DNA of 64,000 bases from a virus (taxonomy: Duplodnaviria > Caudoviricetes): the IMG/VR virus record IMGVR_UViG_3300032219_000688, positions 511-64,510 of that record. One strand, 5' to 3'. Shown piece by piece: positions 50,508 through 58,906 of the stretch; the stretch's first letter is position 1; every line of letters begins with the position of its first letter. Made by a program: the position numbers and the translations under genes. The notes under the pieces were generated by a model. The model did not search any database. It was not told where the DNA came from and was given only the letters and a program-made list of their open reading frames with translations.

Positions 50508-50800
50508 TGAGACTATTTGGTAATGTATTTATGCGTATTGTTGCTACCTTTGTTGCTTCTGCACTTGGTGTAGTTGGTGCTGGTAGCGTAGCAAGCGGTA
50601 TTAGTGGTGTCGAGATTCCTATTTGGTTTAGTGCTGTAATGGGCGGTATCTTGGCAGTAGCAAAGGTAGTAGAGTTACTAGCCTTGGCATTCCTTGAAGA
50701 TGGCAAACTATCTCGTAATGAGATTAATGCTGCTTTCCGTCAGACTATTGCTCTTAAAGATGTAGCACAGGATGAGGAAACATCTAAGCCTAAGAAATAA
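50507..50800 (+). CDS. Two-TM membrane protein (holin-like or PA14 partner)
   Basis: Two hydrophobic segments and a charged C-terminus. Confidence 0.6.
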   Translation: MRLFGNVFMRIVATFVASALGVVGAGSVASGISGVEIPIWFSAVMGGILAVAKVVELLALAFLEDGKLSRNEINAAFRQTIALKDVAQDEETSKPKK

Positions 50801-50801
50801 C

Positions 50802-50830
50802 TTGACAAACCCCTTTCGGTAGTTTATAAT
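50802..50830 (+). promoter_or_regulatory. Perfect consensus promoter inside an inverted repeat
   Basis: TTGACA (50802-50807), 17 nt, TATAAT (50825-50830). Confidence 0.8.
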
Positions 50831-50857
50831 AGATATAGACCTGAAAGGGGTTTTTCT

Positions 50858-51097
50858 ATGTCAATGACTTTTGACGAATGGCTACAGCATGGCTTAACAC
50901 AAGGCTGGGTTGGTCCTGCTGTATGCAGTACACACGATGGCATTCCTACCACTAGAGATGAAGATTTAGAGTGGGAAACTGGAGACCCATGCATTCATGT
51001 ATTAAGATTGTATGAAGATGAAGCAACCAAGTTGGCTGTGGAAGAGAATCATGCTCCGTCTGTATGGCGAGCAACAAACAGTGGTTACACTGTATAA
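50858..51097 (+). CDS. Hypothetical protein (79 aa)
   Basis: Motifs GPAVCSTHDGIP and DPCIHVLRL. Confidence 0.7.
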   Translation: MSMTFDEWLQHGLTQGWVGPAVCSTHDGIPTTRDEDLEWETGDPCIHVLRLYEDEATKLAVEENHAPSVWRATNSGYTV

Positions 51098-51108
51098 CTA
51101 AATAGTGA

Positions 51109-51181
51109 TGGGCATTAACTCAGTTGGCAGAGTGTTCGACTGTTAATCGAAATGTCCCTGGTTCGAACCCAGGATGCCCAG
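51109..51181 (+). tRNA. tRNA-Asn(GTT), CCA not encoded
   Basis: Cloverleaf: acceptor TGGGCAT/ATGCCCA, anticodon loop CTGTTAA, T loop TTCGAAC, discriminator G. Confidence 0.93.
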
Positions 51182-51185
51182 CAAA

Positions 51186-51259
51186 GACTCTGTAACTCAG
51201 TTGGTTAGAGTGCCACCCTGTCACGGTGGAAGTCGCCAGTTCAAGTCTGGTCAGAGTCG
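51186..51259 (+). tRNA. tRNA-Asp(GTC), CCA not encoded
   Basis: Acceptor GACTCTG/CAGAGTC, anticodon loop CTGTCAC, T loop TTCAAGT. Confidence 0.93.
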
Positions 51260-51263
51260 CATC

Positions 51264-51338
51264 GCCACCTTAACTCAGCGGTAGAGTGCCATACTTGTAA
51301 TATGGAGGTCAACAGTTCAAATCTGTTAGGTGGCTCCA
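51264..51338 (+). tRNA. tRNA-Thr(TGT), CCA encoded
   Basis: Acceptor GCCACCT/AGGTGGC, anticodon loop CTTGTAA, 3' TCCA. Confidence 0.93.
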
Positions 51339-51404
51339 ACTACGAATGCTATAATAGTATTACTATGAACATTCATAGAATACATCTTGAAAGGAAGTAT
51401 TAAT

Positions 51405-51896
51405 ATGACAGAAGCAATTTATGTAGAACCATTCCCGAAGAATAAGCGTGGAGATGGATTCAAGAACATGGCATCTTACAGAACAAATCCACACCGTGGA
51501 GTTGACTGGTCAGTTGCTGGCGGTAGCAAGATTAAGGCTATCACAGGAGGAACAGTAATGGAAGTAGGAGAGACAGCAGTACTTGGACACTATTTGATTC
51601 AATCAACTTATGACAAGCACTTCATTCTTTACGCACATTTTCAGGTCCCATCAACACTCGCCAAGGGTGACAAGGTAGAAGCAGGTAAGACAATTGTTGG
51701 TCTAGTTGGAACAACTGGTACCGCCTCAACTGGAAATCACCTCCACGTTACTTACGGTGTTAAGCAGAATCTAATCACTGCTGGTATGCCTGACCTTCGT
51801 GACTTGTTTGCAGTTCTTGACGCAGCACCTAAGAAGACTGTTGCAGCCAAGGTTGTTACAGCAGTAAAGAAAGTCGTTCCTACCAAAAAGGCGTAG
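51405..51896 (+). CDS. M23 family peptidase (endolysin)
   Basis: HRGVD, LYAH and STGNHLH zinc-peptidase motifs; basic C-terminal tail. Confidence 0.85.
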   Translation: MTEAIYVEPFPKNKRGDGFKNMASYRTNPHRGVDWSVAGGSKIKAITGGTVMEVGETAVLGHYLIQSTYDKHFILYAHFQVPSTLAKGDKVEAGKTIVGLVGTTGTASTGNHLHVTYGVKQNLITAGMPDLRDLFAVLDAAPKKTVAAKVVTAVKKVVPTKKA

Positions 51897-51913
51897 GCAA
51901 CAAGAGGAAAAAT

Positions 51914-52090
51914 ATGCCAACATATAATTTTAAATGCCCAGGCTGTGAAAAAACATCACAAGAAGTGAGAGCCTTTGAAGACGCTGACAAAGAACTACTT
52001 TGTGATGCTTGCAATACTGCAATGCATAAGGTATACTCAGTAGGAGCAATTAAATTTAATGGTGGAGGATTTTACTCAAATGACAAATAA
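51914..52090 (+). CDS. FmdB-family zinc-ribbon protein (58 aa; below the ORF-track cutoff)
   Basis: MPTYNFKCPGC...CDACNTAMHKVYS...FNGGGFYSNDK. Confidence 0.85.
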   Translation: MPTYNFKCPGCEKTSQEVRAFEDADKELLCDACNTAMHKVYSVGAIKFNGGGFYSNDK

Positions 52091-52325
52091 CCTAATAGAA
52101 CAAATAGACAAGAAGTGGACACTAGATACATCGCATCGCTGTGATGTTTGTGGTTCACAGGCTTATGTTCAAACTTTGGGGGTAACAGGGGACTTGCTTT
52201 TCTGTGCTCATCACTACCAAGGCATACTTGATAATGAGAAGGCACAGGAAGCAATGACCCAGTTTGCTTACCAGATTATCGATGAGCGTGAACATCTCCA
52301 GGAAGAACTAGTTAGACATGAATAA
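52080..52325 (+). CDS. Small Zn-binding hypothetical protein
   Basis: HRCDVCGSQAYV...LLFCAHH. Confidence 0.7.
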   Translation: MTNNLIEQIDKKWTLDTSHRCDVCGSQAYVQTLGVTGDLLFCAHHYQGILDNEKAQEAMTQFAYQIIDEREHLQEELVRHE

Positions 52326-53241
52326 TTTCCCTACATTTGAATATAACCAAGCAGAGTTTGGTGGAACAGAAACTATGGCAAGAGGTTTTATTAAAAATAT
52401 TTTGCCAGAGATGACCAACATAAAAAAATATCATTCAATTATTATTCCTGGAGCAATTCCAAATGCAAGAGTAATTGGAACTACTGGAGACAGGTATATC
52501 TTTTGGCTTCATAATAATGTTAGTCAGTTTGTTCCTTTTGTTGGAGAAGTTTTAAAAAATAGTGCTGTAAGAAAACATACGGAAAGAATTATTGCTGTAT
52601 CAGAATATGAGCGTAGAGTTATAGCAGATGAAATAAACATCGAATTAGATAGGATTACTGTTATTCCTAATGCTATTATTCCAGTAGTGCCAAATCCAAA
52701 TAAGTTTAATAATATTAACAAGGTTAAAATTGTTCATGCTTCTACTGCAGAACGAGGAATGAGAGTTCTTTTAGATGCAATCCCACTGATAGAAGAAGAC
52801 TTTGAACTAAATGTTTTTAATGACTTCTATCCAGACTTGCCTCATTCATATAACCTAGATGCTGTCAATGACCCAAGGGTAAACTTCTATGGTAAGACAC
52901 CACGCAAAACTCTGTACAAATTCTTTGCAGATGCACACATTCACGCTTACCCATCTACATATCCAGAGACATCCTGCCTGACACAGATGGAAGCCTTGTC
53001 TGCTGGATGTTACGCAGTATACACAAACTTGGGGGCATTGCCAGAAACATCCTTGGGATACGGAACTATGATTCCTATTGAAGAATTAACACCAGAACGA
53101 TATGCTGAAGAACTAACTAAGGCTATTAAAACAATTAAAGAAAATGGATACGACTATACACAGCAGGTCCAAGATATTCACAACAATTTTACTTGGGAAA
53201 TAGCCAAGAAGAATTGGCTTGCCTTTGATGAAACAATCTAG
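52318..53241 (+). CDS. Glycosyltransferase (GT-B fold, GT4-like)
   Basis: GGTE, AVSEYER, VIPNAI and YPETSCLTQMEALSAG (EX7E). Confidence 0.85.
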   Translation: MNNFPTFEYNQAEFGGTETMARGFIKNILPEMTNIKKYHSIIIPGAIPNARVIGTTGDRYIFWLHNNVSQFVPFVGEVLKNSAVRKHTERIIAVSEYERRVIADEINIELDRITVIPNAIIPVVPNPNKFNNINKVKIVHASTAERGMRVLLDAIPLIEEDFELNVFNDFYPDLPHSYNLDAVNDPRVNFYGKTPRKTLYKFFADAHIHAYPSTYPETSCLTQMEALSAGCYAVYTNLGALPETSLGYGTMIPIEELTPERYAEELTKAIKTIKENGYDYTQQVQDIHNNFTWEIAKKNWLAFDETI

Positions 53242-53263
53242 TATAATTATTTTAGGTGATTAA

Positions 53264-53647
53264 ATGGAATATCTTGCTGGCTCTATCCTTACCCTACTTA
53301 CAATAGTAATTGTTTCTAGGCTCGTAAAGAAAACCCAAAGAGAAATCGTTCCTGTAAAGGTTAATTTTAGTCAGTCTCGAAACCACGAACTGGTAAAAGA
53401 TTATATTTTTATTAAACAAGAAGCGTCAAATACCCAGTCCTCAAAACACTATGGTAAGCAGTGGTCAAAAGTTGTTCTTTCTGGGGACATGGCATACTGG
53501 ATTGAAGATAATGCTGTTTATTCTGCAAAGCATGATGGTGCAGGAATTGTTCCAGAAACAAAGAAAATAGTTGACATGATGGGCATTGATAAGGTAGAAT
53601 TAGATAAGATGATTCTTATCGTAGATAGATTAACAGAAGGAAATTAG
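53264..53647 (+). CDS. Membrane-anchored hypothetical protein
   Basis: N-terminal TM segment; the 3' end contains a promoter. Confidence 0.7.
   Translation: MEYLAGSILTLLTIVIVSRLVKKTQREIVPVKVNFSQSRNHELVKDYIFIKQEASNTQSSKHYGKQWSKVVLSGDMAYWIEDNAVYSAKHDGAGIVPETKKIVDMMGIDKVELDKMILIVDRLTEGN
53571..53600 (+). promoter_or_regulatory. Promoter embedded in the 3' end of the 53264 gene
   Basis: TTGACA (53571-53576), 18 nt, TAGAAT (53595-53600). Confidence 0.55.
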
Positions 53648-53648
53648 A

Positions 53649-53999
53649 ATGATAGTAGCAATACAGGGTAGCAAGAATTTCAATGACTACAACGTATTCC
53701 TGAGAGCAATGGGGGTGGCTTTGTCTAGCCTACCTGAAGGTGATACAGAGTTTACTATTGCATCCGCAGGACCTTTGCACATCAACCAGATGGGGCTAGA
53801 GTTCTCTAATGTTTCTGAGCGTAGCCTAAAGGCTCGTGGAATTAGAATTAAACTAATTAAAGTTCCACCAGTTTGGATTAAGAATAACATTAATAGTATT
53901 TCATATTTTGCTTATTTTAGCAAACCAAAAGAAGCAGTATCCGAACTTGTTGACTTGGCAGAAGCCAAGGACATACAGGTTGGGGTATACCGCTACTAA
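53649..53999 (+). CDS. SLOG/YspA-like (DUF2493-type) nucleotide-binding protein (putative)
   Basis: N-terminal IVAIQGSKNFNDY resembles the xxxxxGSRxFxDY start of this family. Confidence 0.5.
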   Translation: MIVAIQGSKNFNDYNVFLRAMGVALSSLPEGDTEFTIASAGPLHINQMGLEFSNVSERSLKARGIRIKLIKVPPVWIKNNINSISYFAYFSKPKEAVSELVDLAEAKDIQVGVYRY

Positions 54000-54012
54000 C
54001 AGAAAGGTGATT

Positions 54013-54234
54013 ATGTTAATTAAATCACTAGAGAAAATGGAAGCAATTGTAGAAAACAATAAGTTTCTGTCGTGGGATGGCTGGACAGTTTTAGAACTGA
54101 GAAAGTCTGATATGGCTTGGATGAAACCAAATGCCAAGTTCATCAATAACGAGTGGTACACTGCCAATCGTTTTGATGCCAATGCTGATGGCTGGAATAT
54201 ACCTGCTAGTTTGGTAAAGAAGAATGCCAAATGA
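54013..54234 (+). CDS. Hypothetical protein (73 aa)
   Basis: SD-like AAAGGTGA before ATG 54013; motif LSWDGWTV. Confidence 0.7.
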   Translation: MLIKSLEKMEAIVENNKFLSWDGWTVLELRKSDMAWMKPNAKFINNEWYTANRFDANADGWNIPASLVKKNAK

Positions 54235-54514
54235 TAAGGACTGGAAAAGTCAAGCCAAGTGTGCTGGTTGGGATGTCAACTTATTCTTTGATAAGTATGA
54301 AGAAGATGTCGAACTAAGAAAAGATGTAGATGATTTTTGCTCCGACTGTCCTGTAATGAGACAATGCTTTGCAGTTGGGGTTTCAACAAAGCAGGTTGGG
54401 GTTTGGGGTGGCGTTTACCTAGACAAGGGTAAAATATCCAGGGAATTCAACAGGCATAAAACAAAAGATGATTGGGCTAAAACTTGGTCCGATTTAACAA
54501 TAGATAAGGAATGA
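54224..54514 (+). CDS. whiB: WhiB-family transcription regulator
   Basis: C...C..C.....C cysteines followed by the GVWGG turn. Confidence 0.88.
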   Translation: MPNDKDWKSQAKCAGWDVNLFFDKYEEDVELRKDVDDFCSDCPVMRQCFAVGVSTKQVGVWGGVYLDKGKISREFNRHKTKDDWAKTWSDLTIDKE

Positions 54515-54517
54515 AAT

Positions 54518-54751
54518 ATGTATACATTAGAGATGGCAACTGCCTTTAAATCAATCGTACCACCAGAAAACTTTAAGGTAGTCATTTTAGAAAATAATGA
54601 TTTCTTAACTATTCTGATAGACCCAGAAGATATCGAAGCATTGTCTGATGAACAGGCAGAACCTGCTGTAAAGTATATCAACGATGTTAAGAAGGCTCTT
54701 GAGAATGAAGGTGCTATCGTGTTTGTTGTAAGGGATGTGCTGAAAGACTAA
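54518..54751 (+). CDS. Hypothetical protein (77 aa)
   Basis: ORF coupled to the next gene. Confidence 0.65.
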   Translation: MYTLEMATAFKSIVPPENFKVVILENNDFLTILIDPEDIEALSDEQAEPAVKYINDVKKALENEGAIVFVVRDVLKD

Positions 54752-55185
54752 TGCAGATATTAGAATCTATAGTTGCAGGAACACTTGTAACCTTAATTAT
54801 TTTTTTAGTCTATAGACTGTTCAAGATAAAGCAGTTTGCAAACACTCTGTCGGAAGCATATATGCAACAGTTAGCAGACAACTTTCTTTTACAAAAAGAA
54901 ATAGAAAAACTTTATCAGGATATTGAAAACAAAAAACTGGAACAGACTGATGGATTTTTAAAATTTGTTTCAGAATCTCGTGACTGGGCTTTTCAATACA
55001 TAGAAGAAGTACAAAAAGCACTTGCTGAATTTGATGATGAGGTAGCGGCACAACTACAGTGGGCAACCACTTATGGAAGACTTTCTGGTGACACAGTTCA
55101 CACAAACACAGTAAATATAGTTTCCGAGGCATACAAAAAATTAAAATCAGTATTGCCAGAGAATACAGAAACGCCTAATAATTAG
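54751..55185 (+). CDS. Membrane-anchored coiled-coil hypothetical protein
   Basis: N-terminal TM; motif FLKFVSESRDWAFQYIEEVQ. Confidence 0.65.
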   Translation: MQILESIVAGTLVTLIIFLVYRLFKIKQFANTLSEAYMQQLADNFLLQKEIEKLYQDIENKKLEQTDGFLKFVSESRDWAFQYIEEVQKALAEFDDEVAAQLQWATTYGRLSGDTVHTNTVNIVSEAYKKLKSVLPENTETPNN

Positions 55186-55207
55186 GCATTAAACAAGGAG
55201 AAATAAA

Positions 55208-55471
55208 ATGGATGCAAAACTAAAGGCACTTGCTGCCTCATATGGAAGAAGCGTACTTGGTGCGGCTTCTGCACTCTATCTAGCAGGGGTAACTGACCCA
55301 CTAGACTTGGCGTGGTCGTTGGTTGCTGCAGTATTGCCAGTTGCTCTGAGATATCTTAACCCAAAGGACCCTGCTTTTGGCATCGTTCCAAAGGAAGCAG
55401 ATATCAAGGAAGCACTCGCAAAAGCAACACCAAAGAAGGCTCCAGCCAAAAAGACTACACCAAAGAAGTAG
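55208..55471 (+). CDS. Holin-like small membrane protein
   Basis: Two hydrophobic segments, LRYLNPKDPAFG and a K/A/P-rich tail; SD AAGGAG. Confidence 0.55.
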   Translation: MDAKLKALAASYGRSVLGAASALYLAGVTDPLDLAWSLVAAVLPVALRYLNPKDPAFGIVPKEADIKEALAKATPKKAPAKKTTPKK

Positions 55472-55533
55472 TCTAACTATCCTGGGTATGATTTAAAACT
55501 GCCCAACCCTAATAGATATGGTATAATAATCAA

Positions 55534-56670
55534 ATGGAACAATTCTTTTTTAAATCAACTTATGGGGCAAACCCATCATCAACACCAAACCCTAACTATC
55601 CTAACAGTGGTGTAAAAACACCAGACTCCATGCGTGGAGGAAAAAAGGTAAAACTTCGTAAACCAAAGTTGCAGGGTGGCAACGGTGGAGACGCTTCTGG
55701 GGCTATGTCTTCTGGAGGCACATCAATTAGTGCTGTCTACAAGCAAGGTGGAGAAATTATGGAGGGTTGCTATGTAATGGGTATGACCACAGAGGGCATG
55801 GTTCATGGCATGGTAGAGCACATTATGACTGAAGGTGGCGTGTATGGTGTTCCTGGAACAGAGTATGCTATCCAATCAATGCCGCCAGAGAATCCAGCAA
55901 TGGCTGTTAGAATTTATGAAGAAGACGAAGACGAACCAGGAACTTGGGAGCCAACTGCATACAGCATTGGCATGATGTACAAGGATGCAATATACCTAGA
56001 GACTTTAGAAGACCACCACATGGAAGATGACATGGAGGGTGAGATGGAATACAACATGGACTATGGTGTAGAAAAAGCAGAGGGCTATGCTCCTACTGCT
56101 GGTATGAAGGCTGCTGCTGCTCGTGCTATTCGTTGGAAAGAAGAGGGCAAAGCCACTGGTGCAGGAACTCCTGTAGGCTGGGGTAGAGCAAGAGACATCG
56201 TGGCAGGACGCTCAATGTCACTTAGCGTAGTAAAAAGAATGTATTCATTCTTCTCACGCCATGAGGTAGACAAGAAGGGCAAAGACTTTAACAACACAAG
56301 CAACCCAAGCAACGGAAGAATTATGTGGGACGCTTGGGGCGGTAACGCTGGATATAGTTGGTCTCGTGCTATTGCAACTAGAGAAGCAGACAAGGCTTTG
56401 TTTGCTGATTTTGGTAAAGATTATTCAGACCAAGGACAATTGGCTAAGGCTGGTAGTGTTGGTAGTATGGTTTCTTGGAATTCTTCTGGCGGTACAGCAA
56501 CAGGAAAGATTGTTAGAATTATTAGAAATGGTAAGTACAATGTTCCTAATTCAGACTTTACAGTAACAGGAACACCAGAAGACCCAGCGGCAGTCATTAG
56601 AGTTTATCGTGACGGTAAGCCAACAGACACCTTGGTTGGTCATAAACTCAAGACTCTTAGAGCCAAGTAG
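55534..56670 (+). CDS. Three-domain protein: two diverged Tudor/SH3-like repeats flanking a helical domain (possible head-internal protein)
   Basis: Regions ~55741-56000 and ~56449-56667 align (G.Y.VP..........PE.PA..IR.Y); central PTAGMKAAAARAIRW...WDAWGG domain. Confidence 0.55.
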   Translation: MEQFFFKSTYGANPSSTPNPNYPNSGVKTPDSMRGGKKVKLRKPKLQGGNGGDASGAMSSGGTSISAVYKQGGEIMEGCYVMGMTTEGMVHGMVEHIMTEGGVYGVPGTEYAIQSMPPENPAMAVRIYEEDEDEPGTWEPTAYSIGMMYKDAIYLETLEDHHMEDDMEGEMEYNMDYGVEKAEGYAPTAGMKAAAARAIRWKEEGKATGAGTPVGWGRARDIVAGRSMSLSVVKRMYSFFSRHEVDKKGKDFNNTSNPSNGRIMWDAWGGNAGYSWSRAIATREADKALFADFGKDYSDQGQLAKAGSVGSMVSWNSSGGTATGKIVRIIRNGKYNVPNSDFTVTGTPEDPAAVIRVYRDGKPTDTLVGHKLKTLRAK

Positions 56671-56673
56671 CCC

Positions 56674-56702
56674 TTGACAAACACCGCAATATACGGTAAA
56701 AT
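56674..56702 (+). promoter_or_regulatory. Consensus promoter, likely leaderless transcript
   Basis: TTGACA, 17 nt, TAAAAT; ATG 56709 lies 6 nt downstream. Confidence 0.75.
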
Positions 56703-56708
56703 ATATAT

Positions 56709-56960
56709 ATGAGTAAACCAGATTGGGCTACACGCCTACAACGCACATTTAAACGTAAATATGATAAGGGCTATGAAGATGGCTATAATAAGGGTTGGAG
56801 CGAAGGCTTTGAGACTGGCAGGAAGAAAGCAATCGCAGAACAACGCAAAGTAATCATTGCTGCCATTGAGAAAGACCTTAAGAACAATGGTCAACATTAC
56901 AACCCAGGAATTATTGCTGGAGTTCATTCCGCTATCAGTATGATTAGAAAGATTAGATAA
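56709..56960 (+). CDS. Hypothetical protein with G-x3-G repeats
   Basis: YDKGYEDGYNKGWSEGFETG. Confidence 0.7.
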   Translation: MSKPDWATRLQRTFKRKYDKGYEDGYNKGWSEGFETGRKKAIAEQRKVIIAAIEKDLKNNGQHYNPGIIAGVHSAISMIRKIR

Positions 56961-57310
56961 TGATTAAGTCAGTTAAGATTGGTCCACAAACATTTAGCGT
57001 TATTCAACGTGACCCAGATGAAGACGGTATGCTAAACGATGGTGCCTATGGCTATACCATTGATGGCAAAAACCTGATTGTAATTGCTGCTGGATTAAAT
57101 CGTAGCAAGCAACAGATAACACTACTGCACGAAATACTACATGCAGTCCGCATGAGTAATGACGGTATGCCACGTCCAACCAAAGAAGATGACTTTGAAT
57201 CCTGGGAGCATTACTTTATTGCGATGTATGAAACTGGATTGTTAGCAGTGCTAAAAGATAATCCAAAACTAAGAGAATGGCTGGTTAATGACCAAACAAC
57301 AAATAAGTGA
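56960..57310 (+). CDS. HExxH zinc metallopeptidase-like protein
   Basis: TLLHEILHAV plus a downstream E (ESWEHY). Confidence 0.6.
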   Translation: MIKSVKIGPQTFSVIQRDPDEDGMLNDGAYGYTIDGKNLIVIAAGLNRSKQQITLLHEILHAVRMSNDGMPRPTKEDDFESWEHYFIAMYETGLLAVLKDNPKLREWLVNDQTTNK

Positions 57311-57467
57311 TGATGGTATGACATGGCTAATATTTATATCTGGCTTTTTTATTATTGGAATAGTATTGGCAATGATTATTACTGCAAACTTACCAGAAGA
57401 AAACTGTTGGGATAAGTATCCCAATAATGAAGTTCAAGCAATACTAAATTGTGAAGGAAAAGAATAA
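57288..57467 (+). CDS. Small membrane protein (59 aa; below the ORF-track cutoff)
   Basis: One TM segment and two Cys; TAATG-coupled to the next gene. Confidence 0.6.
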   Translation: MTKQQISDDGMTWLIFISGFFIIGIVLAMIITANLPEENCWDKYPNNEVQAILNCEGKE

Positions 57468-57637
57468 TGGAACACGACCTACTAGAAGTAGTATTTGGCA
57501 TTAACCACATCATTGCTGAATTCTTTTGGAATGCTGTATTTGCATTAGCGGTATACGGATTTGCAAAGGCTAGAACGCTTCGCAAGATTCACAAGTATGT
57601 GGACAGTAAACACAACATAGAACACGAGGAGTATTAA
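57467..57637 (+). CDS. Small membrane protein (56 aa; below the ORF-track cutoff)
   Basis: MEHDLLEVVFGINHIIAEFFWNAVF...HNIEHEEY. Confidence 0.65.
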   Translation: MEHDLLEVVFGINHIIAEFFWNAVFALAVYGFAKARTLRKIHKYVDSKHNIEHEEY

Positions 57638-57638
57638 A

Positions 57639-57929
57639 ATGGATTTAAATTCAGATTTTGTAAAGGCAGTAGGCATTACATATGACGAAGCAGAGAAACT
57701 GCTTCTTAAAAAGCACAAGGATTATGGACCAAAGAATATTTCTGGTAGTCCAGGAGGAGCATTAAATGGACTTAGGGTTAGAATGCACGACAAGTTGGCT
57801 CGCATTAACCATCTTTATGATTCTGGTGCTACCCCCGAAAATGAAAGTCTTAGGGATTCTTTTATTGATATGGCAAACTACGCAATTATCGCAATGCTGG
57901 TATTAGATGGTAAGTGGGACCGTGATTAA
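57639..57929 (+). CDS. DUF1599 / nucleotide-modification-associated domain 1 protein
   Basis: KKHKDYGPKNI, VRMHDKLARI and ESLRDSFIDMANYAII. Confidence 0.75.
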   Translation: MDLNSDFVKAVGITYDEAEKLLLKKHKDYGPKNISGSPGGALNGLRVRMHDKLARINHLYDSGATPENESLRDSFIDMANYAIIAMLVLDGKWDRD

Positions 57930-58233
57930 AGCACCTGAAGATGTTATCATCATTAAATTAGAAAAGAAAAGCACTGAGCCAGAAAAGAATGCCAGTGGTC
58001 TATTGATTATCCAAAGTGAAACAGATAAGCCAAAGAATATTGGTGTTGCTTTTGCAGTAGGTGAAGGTAGACAATTAAGAAGTGGCGTTCGTTTAGAGAT
58101 GGATGTAAAAGTAGGGGACAAGATTATGTTTAATCCTAACAATGCTATTAAGTTTAAGCATGATGGGGATGACTACATGTCAGTATTTAGCGGCAACGTC
58201 TTAGCCATTCTTGGCGATGAAGATGAGGTATAA
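57922..58233 (+). CDS. groES: GroES-like co-chaperonin
   Basis: Mobile loop ASGLLI, AVGEG, VKVGDKIMF; likely GTG start at 57922. Confidence 0.85.
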   Translation: MIKAPEDVIIIKLEKKSTEPEKNASGLLIIQSETDKPKNIGVAFAVGEGRQLRSGVRLEMDVKVGDKIMFNPNNAIKFKHDGDDYMSVFSGNVLAILGDEDEV

Positions 58234-58240
58234 TTAAACT

Positions 58241-58906
58241 ATGAATAAAGTATTGATAATTGTACCTTCGAGGTCAAGACCAGAAATAAGCCTAGAATTC
58301 TACGAAGAGTTTAAAAAGAATTCCGTAATCTCAGACCTGATGTTTGGTCTAGATGACGATGATGTAGAGTATCCACGCATTCCAGGGGTACTGTATGAAG
58401 TTAATCCACGCAAAGGAATGAACGGAACTCTTAATGAACTTGCTGCTAAGTATGCAGACCAGTATGATTATATCGGTTTCCTTGGTGATGACCACCGTCC
58501 AAGAACATATGGCTGGGATGAGATTTTAGTTAATGCTATTAAAGATATTGACAATGGCATTACTTATGGCAGAGACCTGACACAAGATAGTGTACCTAGT
58601 CCTATCTGTACTTTTGTAATTATTGATGCAAAAATTATTCGTAAACTTGGATACATGGCACCAACAGAACTAAAGCATCTTTATTTAGATAATTTCTGGA
58701 GAGACCTTGGTGTTTATATGGGGACACTTAGATATAACCACAACGTAATTGTTGAGCACATGCATCCTGCTTTTCACAAGGGAGATTGGGATGAGCAGTA
58801 TCGTGAAGTAAATGCTCCATCAATGTTTGAACACGACAGAGCGGCATATCAGTCTTATATAGATACTGGAGAATTCTTAAAAGCAGTTGAAAGACTTTCC
58901 AAATAA
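58241..58906 (+). CDS. Glycosyltransferase (GT-A fold, GT2-like)
   Basis: IIVPSRSRP, LDDDD, FLGDD (DxD), YLDNFW and VEHMH. Confidence 0.8.
   Translation: MNKVLIIVPSRSRPEISLEFYEEFKKNSVISDLMFGLDDDDVEYPRIPGVLYEVNPRKGMNGTLNELAAKYADQYDYIGFLGDDHRPRTYGWDEILVNAIKDIDNGITYGRDLTQDSVPSPICTFVIIDAKIIRKLGYMAPTELKHLYLDNFWRDLGVYMGTLRYNHNVIVEHMHPAFHKGDWDEQYREVNAPSMFEHDRAAYQSYIDTGEFLKAVERLSK

Noticed and set aside
55484-55505. Small hairpin TGGGTA...TGCCCA after the holin-like gene as a terminator or ncRNA
   Set aside because: Only a 6-bp stem with an 11-nt loop and no U tract; not enough to support a call.
56709-56960. FliH/flagellar assembly annotation from G-x3-G repeats
   Set aside because: The protein is short, lacks the rest of FliH and has no flagellar context; such repeats give frequent false hits.
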